DNA of 64,000 nucleotides from Clostridia bacterium (GCA_045611765.1 JAZKXT010000012.1:7759-71758), one strand, 5' to 3'. Positions 44,338 through 54,983 are shown, numbered from the stretch's first letter. The notes: generated from the sequence alone by a model not told the origin. Program-made: numbers and translations.

Positions 44338-46620
44338 ATGAAATCCAAAAATTATTTCATTGTAATTATTACATTTATTCTAATTATTTTATTTAAGGGT
44401 TATTTATTCAGGTCTAAATACACAGCTGATAATTATGCAAAAGAGTATACTGTTTTTATTCGAAGTTTAAAATCCAAAAGTGATACTAAAGTTTCATATA
44501 ATGTAAAGTTATTAGAAACACAAGATAAATTTATTCTAAACATTTATGACAATTCTTATGACGATATTCAAACAGATTTAACACAATATAGTCAGTACAA
44601 ATATGGTGATGTAGTAAAAATAAAAGGTAAAATATCTGTACCACAAAAACTTAATAATCCAGGTGAATTTAATTACAAGTTGTATCTTTATTCTAATAAT
44701 ATTTATGGCCTAATTAATACTTATGATTTCCCAGTAGAGGTTGAGTATAAACTTACATTTTTAGAGAAAACAAATAAAAAAATATACGACTTCAAACAAT
44801 ATGTTCAAAGTATTATACAAACTAGCATGAATGAAACAGACGCAAATCTTGCCATCTCTATGATATATGGAGATAAAACAGATTTAGATGAAGGTATTAA
44901 AGGAGATTTTGAAACTATTGGAGTAAGTCACCTTATGAGCGTTTCGGGAACACATATAACATCTTTTATAATGATAGTAAATACTTTGCTTCGAGTAAAG
45001 AGGAAAGATAAGAAAACAAAAAGAAAAATAAGGGGGAGTATAAACCAAAATAGAGTTGGTGTAATATTAAAAGGAGTTATTCAAATTGTTTGTGTAGTAG
45101 TATATATGTTGTTTACAGGATTTGGCGTCTCTGTACTTAGAGCTGGAATAATGTTAATAATTAGTATACTTTGTAATATGTTAAAAATAAAAAAGAAGAA
45201 GTATGTTGCGTTAATTTTAGCATTAGCAATAATATTGTTTGTATTACCGTATGCAATATTAAGTATCGGCATGCAACTTTCTTTTTTAGCGAGTTTAGGC
45301 ATTATTGTGTTTTGGAAGGATATTTCTAAAATGTTTTGTAAAATGACACATAATATGCGCAACGAAATTTTGAAAAAAATAGCACAATACATATTAGAAA
45401 ATATAGCAATAACAATAGCGGTACAGCTTATGATACTTCCAATTCAGATACAATCGTTTAATAGACTATCAGTTCCAATAATACTACCGAACTTAATACT
45501 TGGTATAATTTCAATACCGATTAGAATATTTGGAACTATAGGAATAATGTTATCTTTTATCCCTAGAGTAGCCACAAAAATTTTTGGAATAACAGAAATG
45601 CTTGTAAAGATCGTAATAGAAACAACAAAAGTGTTTAAGAATATTTCTTTTGGGATAAATCTAGTATCTATGCCAGTTGTATTTTTTATTTTGTATTATT
45701 TGTTTATTTTTATTCTATTTATATGTTTTAAGTTAAAAAATACAGATGGCAAAAATGGAAATAACAGTATAAAAGTTGGTCTAAATAAACTGCTTAACTA
45801 TTCAAAAATAGTGGCAATAATATTAAGTGTATGTGTAATTGTATTTGTAATAGGTTATAATATTTATACTGTATATATTTCCAGGTACGTATACTTTTTT
45901 AATGTGGAGCAAGGGGATATGTCATATATAAAATATGGAAGAGACAGCGTGATTGTGGATATCGGTTCAATGAGGGAAGGCGTGGCATTTAATGTTATTT
46001 CGAACTACTTTAAAGCTAATAATATAACCAAAGTTGATGCGATTGTAATTTCACATATGCATAAGGACCATATAAATGGGCTAGAAAAATTTTTGCAAAG
46101 ATATAAAGCAGGGCAAATAATATATGCTAAACCTAAAAATAATAGCAATAATTACACGGAGTTTTTAAGGTTGCTAGATAAATATAACATAACAGGTAAA
46201 CAAGTAAAAGCGGGAGAAAAAATAAATATAGGAAATATTGAAATAGAAATATTACTTCCAACAAATGAGTATATTAAGTCAAAAGATGAGGAAAATGCAA
46301 ATTCGCTTGTATGCAAAATTAAAGTAAACGAAAAGAAATTGTTATATATGGGCGACGCTTCCATGGAAGCTGAAGAAAGATTGTTAGAGCAAAATGAAAA
46401 TATAGAAAATATATACATTTTAAAAGTGGGTCATCATGGTTCTAAAACAGCTACAAGTGAAGAATTTATACAAAAGATAAATCCTAAAAATGTTATCATA
46501 TCTGCATTAAAAAAATATTATGGTCATCCACATGAGGAGACGATAAAAACATTGAAACAAAGTAATGTTTGGATATACCAAACAGAAAAGCAAGGTGCAA
46601 TAAAATTTAGTTTGTATTGA
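44338..46620 (+). CDS. comEC: DNA internalization-related competence protein ComEC/Rec2
   Basis: Polytopic membrane core plus a C-terminal metallo-β-lactamase domain (VISHMHKDHINGL; KVGHHGSKTA). Confidence 0.85.
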   Translation: MKSKNYFIVIITFILIILFKGYLFRSKYTADNYAKEYTVFIRSLKSKSDTKVSYNVKLLETQDKFILNIYDNSYDDIQTDLTQYSQYKYGDVVKIKGKISVPQKLNNPGEFNYKLYLYSNNIYGLINTYDFPVEVEYKLTFLEKTNKKIYDFKQYVQSIIQTSMNETDANLAISMIYGDKTDLDEGIKGDFETIGVSHLMSVSGTHITSFIMIVNTLLRVKRKDKKTKRKIRGSINQNRVGVILKGVIQIVCVVVYMLFTGFGVSVLRAGIMLIISILCNMLKIKKKKYVALILALAIILFVLPYAILSIGMQLSFLASLGIIVFWKDISKMFCKMTHNMRNEILKKIAQYILENIAITIAVQLMILPIQIQSFNRLSVPIILPNLILGIISIPIRIFGTIGIMLSFIPRVATKIFGITEMLVKIVIETTKVFKNISFGINLVSMPVVFFILYYLFIFILFICFKLKNTDGKNGNNSIKVGLNKLLNYSKIVAIILSVCVIVFVIGYNIYTVYISRYVYFFNVEQGDMSYIKYGRDSVIVDIGSMREGVAFNVISNYFKANNITKVDAIVISHMHKDHINGLEKFLQRYKAGQIIYAKPKNNSNNYTEFLRLLDKYNITGKQVKAGEKINIGNIEIEILLPTNEYIKSKDEENANSLVCKIKVNEKKLLYMGDASMEAEERLLEQNENIENIYILKVGHHGSKTATSEEFIQKINPKNVIISALKKYYGHPHEETIKTLKQSNVWIYQTEKQGAIKFSLY

Positions 46621-46690
46621 TATGTATATGTATAATATGGTAACACTTGAGCCACACTATGCTTAGAATATATGAGTGTAGGTGGTTTGT

Positions 46691-47281
46691 ATGAAAACAG
46701 AAAATATGTATAGAATTCTTGTTGCAACAATATTTGTTCTATTTATGACGGTGGGCATATATATAGGTGTAGAAATAGGAGATAACAAAGAGGGTCAGGA
46801 AGAAATTAAAAGCCCAGATGTTGTAGTTTCTAATACGGATAGTATATATATATATGATGAGCAAGCAGAAATTATAGATGAGGAAGAAATTATAGATGTA
46901 GATGTAAAATTTACAGATGTGTATCCAGATTGTGGCCATAGCATAGATAGTGTAGAACATCAAAATGCTACAACTAAAACTAAAGTTAAAGAGGAAATAA
47001 AAGAAAAAGATTTAGGTTATAGGCTTATTGGAGAACAAGAGGGGGTATTGTTATATCAAAAGGTACATAGCGGCAAATGCATGAATCATTATAAAGTAAT
47101 TTTAGAAAATGATTTAGTAAATATATATAGAATGGGTAAAACAGCAGAGTTTGAACTTTACCAAACAACAGACATTACAAGCGATATGTTAAGGCTGGGA
47201 ATAAAAGAACAATTAGAAGCTGGAATTGAAGTGGATGACATAGAAGAGTTGATTCTTCTTATGGAAGATATAGAAAGTTAG
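46691..47281 (+). CDS. membrane-anchored protein, BofC-like (tentative)
   Basis: N-terminal transmembrane helix. The C-terminal pattern (DITSDMLRLGIKEQLEAGIEVDDIEELILLMEDIES) resembles the BofC C-terminal domain. Weak. Confidence 0.35.
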   Translation: MKTENMYRILVATIFVLFMTVGIYIGVEIGDNKEGQEEIKSPDVVVSNTDSIYIYDEQAEIIDEEEIIDVDVKFTDVYPDCGHSIDSVEHQNATTKTKVKEEIKEKDLGYRLIGEQEGVLLYQKVHSGKCMNHYKVILENDLVNIYRMGKTAEFELYQTTDITSDMLRLGIKEQLEAGIEVDDIEELILLMEDIES

Positions 47282-47285
47282 AATA

Positions 47286-47328
47286 AAAAATCACAGTTGT
47301 GAATTTTCACATATTGTGATTTTTTTAT
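47286..47328 (+). terminator. rho-independent terminator
   Basis: AAAATCACA-(loop with an inner GTGAA..TTCAC hairpin)-TGTGATTTT followed by TTTT. Confidence 0.65.
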
Positions 47329-47374
47329 TTACTTGTAAAAAAATAAGATATATAATTTGATTAAGGTGAATGAA

Positions 47375-47926
47375 ATGGGAGAGTTTTTAAAAAGAGGAAC
47401 AATAATTAATTTATTATCTACGTTAATGTTGTTGATAGTGGGGATAATACTAGTAAAAAATCCAATAATAACATTAAATATAGTTACGTATATAATTGAG
47501 ACGCTACTAGTAGTTTGGGGTGTAATTACTATAGTTAATTTTGTTAGAGTTGAGAGCAAGCACGATGTTTTTAGTCTGGGATTTGTGCAAGGTGTTGTAT
47601 GTATTTTGACGGCACTATTCTTAATTATTAATCCTGGAATAATACCAAGTATATTACCTGTATGTATAGGCATTTGGATGGTATTTGGAAGTTTATCTAA
47701 GATACAAGTTGCTATAAAGTTAAATGCATGGGGACAAAGGACGAGTGGATTGTATATAATTTTAGCTATTATCATGTTTGCTATAGGCGTTGCAATTATA
47801 TGTAATCCATTTAAGACTGCTACAATTCTTATACAAGCATTAGGATTTGGAATTATAATATACTCAGTACTAGATATTATATCTGGGATCGGGGTGTTAA
47901 GATTTTTAAATAGTATAGACTTATAG
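47375..47926 (+). CDS. HdeD/DUF308 family membrane protein
   Basis: Tandem DUF308-type transmembrane hairpins (GIILVKNPIITLNIV...LLVVWGVITIV). Confidence 0.6.
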   Translation: MGEFLKRGTIINLLSTLMLLIVGIILVKNPIITLNIVTYIIETLLVVWGVITIVNFVRVESKHDVFSLGFVQGVVCILTALFLIINPGIIPSILPVCIGIWMVFGSLSKIQVAIKLNAWGQRTSGLYIILAIIMFAIGVAIICNPFKTATILIQALGFGIIIYSVLDIISGIGVLRFLNSIDL

Positions 47927-47948
47927 CAAAATAAATAAAAAATGAAAT

Positions 47949-47990
47949 AAAAGTTGTAATTTGAGTTTTTTCAGATTACAACTTTTTGCT
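47949..47990. terminator. bidirectional terminator (10-bp perfect stem)
   Basis: AAGTTGTAAT-loop-ATTACAACTT followed by TTTT; clpE converges on it from the minus strand. Confidence 0.65.
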
Positions 47991-48009
47991 ATAAAATATT
48001 TTTAAAAAG

Positions 48010-50319
48010 CTATTCATTAAGTACTACAACATTATTTCCCACATCTAATGTGTAACAAGTTTTTTCTTTAATTTCACCTTTAATATACTTGTATGCTATA
48101 GTGTCTTCAATGTGTTTTGTAATAGCTCGTCTTAATGGTCTTGCTCCAAATTTATCATTAAATCCTTTTTCTGTTATAAAGCTAATTAAAGCATCTGTAT
48201 AGACTAAATCTAAATGTTTTTTATTAACATCATTAATGTATTCATCTACAAGAAGTCTAGTTATTTTTTCAGCATCTTGCTTAGTTAGTTTGTTAAATAC
48301 TATAGTATCATCAATTCTGTTTAAAAATTCAGGTGAGAAGTAGTCTTTTAATGCACTTTCAACTTTGTTTACAAGCATATCACTTTCAATTTTATCATTA
48401 GCAAATCCAAAGCCATCATTTTTAAAGTTTGTTCCAAGATTTGAAGTAAGAATTATTATAGTATTCTTGAAAGATACAGTTTTTCCTTGAGAATCTGTTA
48501 ATCTTCCGTCTTCAAGTATTTGAAGTAGTATGTTATATATGCTTGGATGAGCTTTTTCTATTTCATCAAATAATATAATGCTATATGGATTACGTCTAAC
48601 TTTTTCGGTTAAGTAACCCGCCTCATCAAAACCAACATATCCTGGAGGTGACCCAATAAGTTTAGATACACTATGTGATTCCATATATTCAGACATATCC
48701 AAGCGAACTATTGCATCTTCTCTATCAAAAAGTTCGTATGCTAACGCTTTAACTAGAGCTGTTTTACCAACACCAGTAGGACCTACAAATATAAAAGAAG
48801 GAGGTCTTACAGTGGCTTGCAGATTGCTTCTTTTTCTAAGTATCGCATTAGACAAACAGTGAACAGCGTTTTCTTGACCTATTATTTTTTTGTTTAAATT
48901 AGTTTCAAGATTTAGAAGCTTTTCACTTTCAGCAGTAGTAAGACGTGATACTGGAATCTTTGTCCATAGTTCAACAACTTTAGCTAGGTTATCGAAAGTC
49001 AAATGACATTTCTTAATTTTTTTATTTAACTCTTCTAATTTAGATTTCAAAGAACATTCGGTAGCTTTAAGATTAGCAGTTTTTTCAAAATCTGCTATGT
49101 CATTGCCGTTTTCAGCAATTTCAGCTTCGGCGCTTTCAATTTCTTCAGCAACTTCCTTTAATTTTTGTTCAATATTTTCTATTTGCCCTAAAACTTTATT
49201 GTCTAGATATACTCTCGAACAAGCCTCATCAAGTAGATCAATTGCTTTATCTGGGAAAAATCTATCGTGAATATATTTTTCGGCAAGATATACAGTATCT
49301 TTAACCATTTCGTCAGAAATTACAACTTTATGATGTTTTTCGTAGTAGTGTTTAACCCCTTTAATAATTTCTATTGTATCTTCTATAGAAGGTTCTTCAA
49401 CCATAATAGGTTGGAAACGTCTTTCTAAAGCAGTATCTTTTTCTATATATTTTCTATATTCTTTTAAAGTAGTAGCTCCAATTACTTGTATTGTGCCGTT
49501 AGATAGAGCGGGTTTTAACATATCTCCGGCGTTCATTGAGTTATCATGTTCCATACCGCCAACGATGTTGTGTAGTTCATCTATTGCAAGAATAATATTT
49601 GAATAAGATGCACATTCGTCAATTACCCCTTTCATTCTTGCTTCGAATTGACCTCTAAATTGAGTACCAGCAACCATTGCAGTCATGTCTAAAAGATATA
49701 TTTCTTTATTCGCTAATTTTTGTGGTACATCACCACTTGCGATTTTAAGAGCTAATGCATTAATTACAGCGGTCTTACCAACACCAGGTTCACCAATTAA
49801 TGCTGGATTATTTTTATTACGTCTATTTAGTATTTGAATTAATCTCTCTAATTCTCTTTCTCTGCCAATAACCTTGTCTAGTTTACCTTCTTTAGCAAGT
49901 TTAGTTAAATTAGTACCATAAGTATCTAAATATTTAAGTTTTTTATTCGCTTTCTTTTCTTTAACCTTAGTTTTCGAAGAAGATTTTTCACCTTCTACAT
50001 CTTCAGACTCATCTTGTGAGAATGGAACGGCCATGCCCATACCATCTTCGCCAGGAAAGCCCATACCACCAAACATATTAGAGAGTTTATCCATATCTAA
50101 ATTTGCAAACATATTTTCAAATTGCTTAGATAATTTGTCCATATCTTCCTGAGACATGTTGTTCATTGAAGCGGCCATAGTACCCATTGGGGCAATTCCT
50201 CTTTTCTTAGCACAAGGAACACAAAGACCAATAACTTCGTTTGGCTTATCCATATTCTTTTCATCGAATTTATTTATATAAATTACTGCCATATTCTTTT
50301 TGCAATCTGAACATAACAT
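48010..50319 (-). CDS. clpE: ATP-dependent Clp protease ATP-binding subunit ClpE-like (N-terminal Cys4 zinc finger plus two AAA+ modules)
   Basis: The true start is MLCSDCKKNMAV...CVPCAKK (CxxC...CxxC) after an AAGGGGGAT ribosome-binding site. Two Walker A motifs (GEPGVGKT; GPTGVGKT). The ORF-track 5' extension to 50478 is spurious. Confidence 0.85.
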   Translation of the reverse strand: MLCSDCKKNMAVIYINKFDEKNMDKPNEVIGLCVPCAKKRGIAPMGTMAASMNNMSQEDMDKLSKQFENMFANLDMDKLSNMFGGMGFPGEDGMGMAVPFSQDESEDVEGEKSSSKTKVKEKKANKKLKYLDTYGTNLTKLAKEGKLDKVIGRERELERLIQILNRRNKNNPALIGEPGVGKTAVINALALKIASGDVPQKLANKEIYLLDMTAMVAGTQFRGQFEARMKGVIDECASYSNIILAIDELHNIVGGMEHDNSMNAGDMLKPALSNGTIQVIGATTLKEYRKYIEKDTALERRFQPIMVEEPSIEDTIEIIKGVKHYYEKHHKVVISDEMVKDTVYLAEKYIHDRFFPDKAIDLLDEACSRVYLDNKVLGQIENIEQKLKEVAEEIESAEAEIAENGNDIADFEKTANLKATECSLKSKLEELNKKIKKCHLTFDNLAKVVELWTKIPVSRLTTAESEKLLNLETNLNKKIIGQENAVHCLSNAILRKRSNLQATVRPPSFIFVGPTGVGKTALVKALAYELFDREDAIVRLDMSEYMESHSVSKLIGSPPGYVGFDEAGYLTEKVRRNPYSIILFDEIEKAHPSIYNILLQILEDGRLTDSQGKTVSFKNTIIILTSNLGTNFKNDGFGFANDKIESDMLVNKVESALKDYFSPEFLNRIDDTIVFNKLTKQDAEKITRLLVDEYINDVNKKHLDLVYTDALISFITEKGFNDKFGARPLRRAITKHIEDTIAYKYIKGEIKEKTCYTLDVGNNVVVLNE

Positions 50320-50439
50320 ATTAAAAATCCCCCTTACGTAAAAACGTAGAGACATTATACCATAATACTCAATTAAAAACAATAAATATGTGAAAAGTAA
50401 CATATAATATGCAAGTTTACATAAACTGAGGTTTTCCCC

Positions 50440-50468
50440 TTGACAATTGAAAGGAATTGTAGTAAAAT
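50440..50468 (+). promoter_or_regulatory. sigma-A promoter of cassette D
   Basis: TTGACA at 50440–50445, a 17-nt spacer, and TAAAAT at 50463–50468. Confidence 0.55.
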
Positions 50469-50506
50469 GAAAAGACATCTTAAAATTTTAAGGAGGACAT
50501 AAATTT

Positions 50507-50776
50507 ATGACTTGTACAAAAACAAAGGCGCCTGAGAGCGCAACTGGCATCGCAAAGTTGATGGAAATGGATGTGGCAGAAGTCCGGGCATGGCCTTTTT
50601 TAGAAGAGGTAAGATCAGCAATTAAGGACTATAACCTTGGATACATTACCAAGCAGCGCCTGCTGTCACAGCTTGAAAATATCGCAATCAAAAATCAGAA
50701 TTCTGAACTCAATCTCCAGCATTATGCTGCGGCAATTACAGAAAATCTCGTCACGTCACTGCGGCTTAGCTATTAA
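50507..50776 (+). CDS. hypothetical 89-aa protein (GC-elevated cassette D)
   Basis: AAGGAGGA ribosome-binding site. About 44% GC. Its own promoter and terminator. Confidence 0.5.
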   Translation: MTCTKTKAPESATGIAKLMEMDVAEVRAWPFLEEVRSAIKDYNLGYITKQRLLSQLENIAIKNQNSELNLQHYAAAITENLVTSLRLSY

Positions 50777-50784
50777 TTAAATAT

Positions 50785-50818
50785 TGAGACCACTTCAAAA
50801 TGAAGTGGTCTCGTTTTG
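50785..50818 (+). terminator. rho-independent terminator (12-bp perfect stem)
   Basis: GAGACCACTTCA-AAA-TGAAGTGGTCTC followed by GTTTTG. Confidence 0.75.
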
Positions 50819-50943
50819 TATATATTAGCAATATAATGACAATTTTAATTATTTTCTTCTACATGTTATTTGTTATTTCTTTTTACTACTAGTAAATTGT
50901 AAAATTATTTGGTATAATGTTGAAAAAGAAAGAGGAATATATA

Positions 50944-51546
50944 ATGGAAAATCTAAAAGATATATTAGAAGCTATACTTTTTGTAGTAGGAAGAAGTGTT
51001 AGCGTAAATGAATTTAAGGAAACATTAGGAATAAATGCGGTTGATGTAGAAAATGCGCTTAAAGAACTAGAGATAAAGTATAAAAACAATTCGGGACTAT
51101 CTTTAGTAAAGGTTAAAGATGAGTACCAACTAGTTTCAAATAAAGCATATTTTACATATATAGAGAAATTTGTAGAACATTCTAAAAAAGAGAATTTATC
51201 TAATACTTGCTTAGAGGTATTAAGCATTATTGCATATAATCCTAAGATAACTAAAAGTGAAATAGAAAGCATTAGAGGGGTTAATAGTGACTCTCAAGTA
51301 AGTAAGCTTTTGGAGTATGGTCTTGTTGAAGAAGTGGGAAGAATGAATGCGCCTGGTCGTCCGGCTATGTTTAGTGTAACTAATGAATTTTTAAAATGTA
51401 TGGGTATAAATAAAGTAGAGGACCTACCAGATTATAACGCGATTAAAACAGAGGACGAAGAACTTACTTTATTTAAAAATATTGAAACGGAAGAAAAGAA
51501 AGAAGTGCTAGAACAAGCTGAACAAAAAGATGAAGCTTTAGTTTAA
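50944..51546 (+). CDS. scpB: segregation and condensation protein B
   Basis: Winged-helix ScpB signature (LEAILFVVGRSVSVNEF... and LEVLSIIAYNPKITKSEIESIRGV). Confidence 0.8.
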   Translation: MENLKDILEAILFVVGRSVSVNEFKETLGINAVDVENALKELEIKYKNNSGLSLVKVKDEYQLVSNKAYFTYIEKFVEHSKKENLSNTCLEVLSIIAYNPKITKSEIESIRGVNSDSQVSKLLEYGLVEEVGRMNAPGRPAMFSVTNEFLKCMGINKVEDLPDYNAIKTEDEELTLFKNIETEEKKEVLEQAEQKDEALV

Positions 51547-51557
51547 GGAGATAGCCT

Positions 51558-54500
51558 ATGTCACTTAATGTAATACTTGGTAAAAGTAACAGTGGAAAAA
51601 GTGAATATATGTATAGCAAAATTATGGCGTGTGAGGATAATAAAAAACAGGCCATACTTTTTGTGCCGCCGTCTGGAAGATTAATAGCAGAGGAAGAGTA
51701 TCTAAAATACACTAATAAAAAAGTGGTAATAGATACATTAATTACAAGCATTGAAAGGTTTGTAAACAGAAGAGTAGATAAAACTAAGTTGTATGGTAAC
51801 AAAACATATCTAAAGGATTTAGCTAAAAAAATGATGGTAAAAAAGACCATAGCTGAAAATCCAGAGATATTTAAAGTTTTCGCAAAGTCTAAAGATACAA
51901 TAGGGTTTACAGATAAGATTGCAGATTATGTACAAAAATTTGATACTTTACAAAACTTAGAAGTATTGGATAAATACGAAGAACAAGATTTTCTAAAAAC
52001 AAAGTTAGATGAGTTTAGAGGAATATATCTAAAATTACAGGAAGAATTACAAGATAAATTTGTACAATCTACAGATGAAATGAAACAATATATTAAAACT
52101 TTGAATGAAAGTGAAACTAATATATTAAATGCAGATATATTTATAGATAATTATAACAACTTTAGCAATGTAGAATATGAGTTTATACAAGCGTTACTTT
52201 TAAGTGGAAATGATGTATATATAACTCTAGATATAGACAAAGAAAAATATTTAGATGGTGTTACTCAAATATATAACACATCATACGATACATTAACTAA
52301 ACTCAAAGAGATATCTGTAAATTCTGGTATTAAATTTGAGTTAGTAAATTTAGTAGATAAAAAACACAATGTAAAAGAGGATATCTCGTTTCTTGGGGAA
52401 AACATATTTAGTATGTCTAGAAACACATACGCCAAGAAAGTAGATAATGTTAAACTTGTATTGTTACCCAATACATACGAAGAGATAAAATATGTTGCAT
52501 CTGACATATTAAGGCACGTGAAAGCGGGTTATGAATATAAAGATATTGCAATATATACAAACAATATAGATGGTTATAACATATTTTTAAATAAAATATT
52601 TGATCTATACAATATACCAATATACATTAATGAAGAAGGAAAGATAACAAGCAATAGACTTGTTATATATCTACTAACGTTATTAAATATAGCATCTAAC
52701 GGTTACACAAAGACTATAGATAATGTGTTAAATCTATTAAAAACAGGAATGCTGGATTTGCAAGAAGAGAAAATATATGAATTTGAAAATTATCTTTTAG
52801 AATTTGGTGTGAGAGGATACAATTTATCTCGCAAATTTGAATTAAACAATGGATATAACATAACTGAAATAAACGAAACACGAGAAGTTGTAGTAGATGC
52901 TGTATCTAAATTAAGACAACAATTAAAAGACAAGAAAACATCCAAAGAATTCACGGAAGTTATATATAACCACTTAGTGGATGAAAATATTGTATCTAGA
53001 TACGAGAACGAATTAGAACAAATTAAAGAGATAGATGTAAATGAATATAACAAAGGAAGACAAGTTTTAGCAAAGTTATATGAAATAATGGACAATATTT
53101 GTCTTGCTTATGAGAATATAACTTTAAAGGAATATATAGAGCTTTTTGAATATGGAATAAAAGAAATAAGTGTAGACACAGTACCAGCTAAATTAAATCA
53201 AGTAGAAGTAGTAGATATAAATAGATCTAGGGGGATAGAAAAAAAGATAGCATATTTAATTGGATGTTATGATGGTGGACTTCCAACTGTTCAAAGTGAA
53301 GATAATATATTTACTGACATTGAACTTGAAAAATTAAAATTAGTTGGAATAGACTTAAAACAGACATCTGATGAAAGAAATAATATGCAGCTATTTAATA
53401 TATATCAAGCTATAAACAAGGTTAGAGAAAAGTTAACAATTACAGTACCATCAAGTTTAAGTTCTGGTTCTTCGCTAAGACCAAGTAGTCTTGTTCAAGA
53501 AATAAAGACGCTGCTTAATATCAAACTAGAAAGTGTAGAAAAAAAGGAAACGTTAAATATAGATGAAGCTTTTATGGAGTTTGTATCTAAACTAAATGAA
53601 ATTGATGAAAAAACTCCTAAAGAAGAAATTGAAGATATGTATGCCAAACTTAGACTATTCCAAGATATAGAAAAGTATAATTATATACTAAACTATACAA
53701 GGCAAGACAGGAACTTGAATGAAGAGACGTTATCGCGTATTTACGACAAAAAAATAAACTCAAGTGTGTCTAGATTAGAACAATTTAAACGATGTCCGTT
53801 TGCATATTACACAAAGTATATATTAAACTTAAAAGAACGCAAAGAGTATGTGATGTCTAGTTTAGATACAGGCTCATTTATGCACGAAGTAATTGAAAAG
53901 TTTTCAAAGTTTATTGTTGCTAAAAATATTGCTTGGCAAGATTTAGTTTTAGATGAAAAGAAAAGCAAACTTGCTATAAATAAAATAGATGAAATTGTAG
54001 ATAAACTATTTGAAGAGGAGTATAGCAAATACTTAACGAGTGCAAGGTATGTAGTTCTAAAATTAAAAATGAAGAAAGCAATGAAGAGGACAGTATTTGC
54101 TCTTGCGGACAGTTTCAATCATAGTGAGTTTAGACCTTTGGGGTATGAGATAGAGTTTGAAAAAGGAGAACTTTTTGCGCCTATTGAAGTTGACTTGGAA
54201 GGTGGGAAAACTTTACTGTTACGTGGAAAGATAGATAGAATAGATAGTTTAACATTAGAGGATAAAACATATTTAAGAATAGTGGACTATAAATCATCAG
54301 AAAAGAATTTGAAGTTAAGCGATGTAAAAACAGGTATATCTTTACAGCTTATGACATATATGTGTGCAATGATGGAGAATAAAGAAAAATTAAATACGCA
54401 AAATGTAATACCGGCTGCTCTATCATATTTTACAATTTCAAACAAAATACTTTCTATACCAAACTATGAAAAAGATGATAACAAAATTGCTGAAATGGTA

Positions 54501-54806
54501 AAGAAAGAATTGAAATTGAGGGGGATATATATTAAAGATATAGAGATATTAAAAAGATTAGATAATAACATAGAAAATAGTAAAGACTCATATCTTGAAG
54601 TATCTCCTAGAACTATAAACAATGCGAATAAAAATTTACCACAAGAAGTGTTTATAGAAGAATGTAAAAATGTAAGGAATATACTAAAAGACATTGGAAA
54701 AGAGATTGTAAAAGGAACTGTTAAAATAAAGCCGAATAAAGATATTCAAAATGTTTGTGAATATTGCAGTTATGCATCTGTTTGTAGAAAGAACATTTTA
54801 AATTAA
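51558..54806 (+). CDS. addB: helicase-nuclease AddAB subunit AddB (RexB)
   Basis: N-terminal degenerate Walker A (GKSNSGKS). C-terminal Fe-S PD-(D/E)XK nuclease with a Cys cluster (CPFAYY...CEYCSYASVCRK). About 1080 aa. Confidence 0.8.
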   Translation: MSLNVILGKSNSGKSEYMYSKIMACEDNKKQAILFVPPSGRLIAEEEYLKYTNKKVVIDTLITSIERFVNRRVDKTKLYGNKTYLKDLAKKMMVKKTIAENPEIFKVFAKSKDTIGFTDKIADYVQKFDTLQNLEVLDKYEEQDFLKTKLDEFRGIYLKLQEELQDKFVQSTDEMKQYIKTLNESETNILNADIFIDNYNNFSNVEYEFIQALLLSGNDVYITLDIDKEKYLDGVTQIYNTSYDTLTKLKEISVNSGIKFELVNLVDKKHNVKEDISFLGENIFSMSRNTYAKKVDNVKLVLLPNTYEEIKYVASDILRHVKAGYEYKDIAIYTNNIDGYNIFLNKIFDLYNIPIYINEEGKITSNRLVIYLLTLLNIASNGYTKTIDNVLNLLKTGMLDLQEEKIYEFENYLLEFGVRGYNLSRKFELNNGYNITEINETREVVVDAVSKLRQQLKDKKTSKEFTEVIYNHLVDENIVSRYENELEQIKEIDVNEYNKGRQVLAKLYEIMDNICLAYENITLKEYIELFEYGIKEISVDTVPAKLNQVEVVDINRSRGIEKKIAYLIGCYDGGLPTVQSEDNIFTDIELEKLKLVGIDLKQTSDERNNMQLFNIYQAINKVREKLTITVPSSLSSGSSLRPSSLVQEIKTLLNIKLESVEKKETLNIDEAFMEFVSKLNEIDEKTPKEEIEDMYAKLRLFQDIEKYNYILNYTRQDRNLNEETLSRIYDKKINSSVSRLEQFKRCPFAYYTKYILNLKERKEYVMSSLDTGSFMHEVIEKFSKFIVAKNIAWQDLVLDEKKSKLAINKIDEIVDKLFEEEYSKYLTSARYVVLKLKMKKAMKRTVFALADSFNHSEFRPLGYEIEFEKGELFAPIEVDLEGGKTLLLRGKIDRIDSLTLEDKTYLRIVDYKSSEKNLKLSDVKTGISLQLMTYMCAMMENKEKLNTQNVIPAALSYFTISNKILSIPNYEKDDNKIAEMVKKELKLRGIYIKDIEILKRLDNNIENSKDSYLEVSPRTINNANKNLPQEVFIEECKNVRNILKDIGKEIVKGTVKIKPNKDIQNVCEYCSYASVCRKNILN

Positions 54807-54900
54807 AAAGCCTACTGCATAAGTTCAAAAAGTCATGGTGTAATTATACTTATGAACTTATGTGTTGATCTTGTTACTAATAAATATATTATTATGTCAC

Positions 54901-54929
54901 TTGCAATTTATGAAAATCTGTGATATAAT
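54901..54929 (+). promoter_or_regulatory. sigma-A promoter of cassette F
   Basis: TTGCAA at 54901–54906, a 17-nt spacer, and TGATATAAT with TATAAT at 54924–54929. Confidence 0.6.
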
Positions 54930-54983
54930 TAATTTGTGCAAAGATAAAATTAAAAATATTAATATATTTAAGGAGGAATAACA

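Noticed and set aside
50320-50478. The 53-codon N-terminal extension of the clpE ORF in the track; the same applies to dnaE at 56705–56776 and TPM1 at 30818
   Set aside because: The conserved protein starts (the ClpE zinc finger, and MNFVHLHMHTEYS for dnaE) sit behind strong ribosome-binding sites further downstream. The extensions are hydrophobic nonsense and overlap promoter regions.
54830-54880. The CATAAGTTCA…TGAACTTATG hairpin after addB as a mobile-element terminal repeat
   Set aside because: It is a single 10-bp inverted repeat with a 25-nt loop and no partner copy within the window. It is more simply a weak addB terminator.
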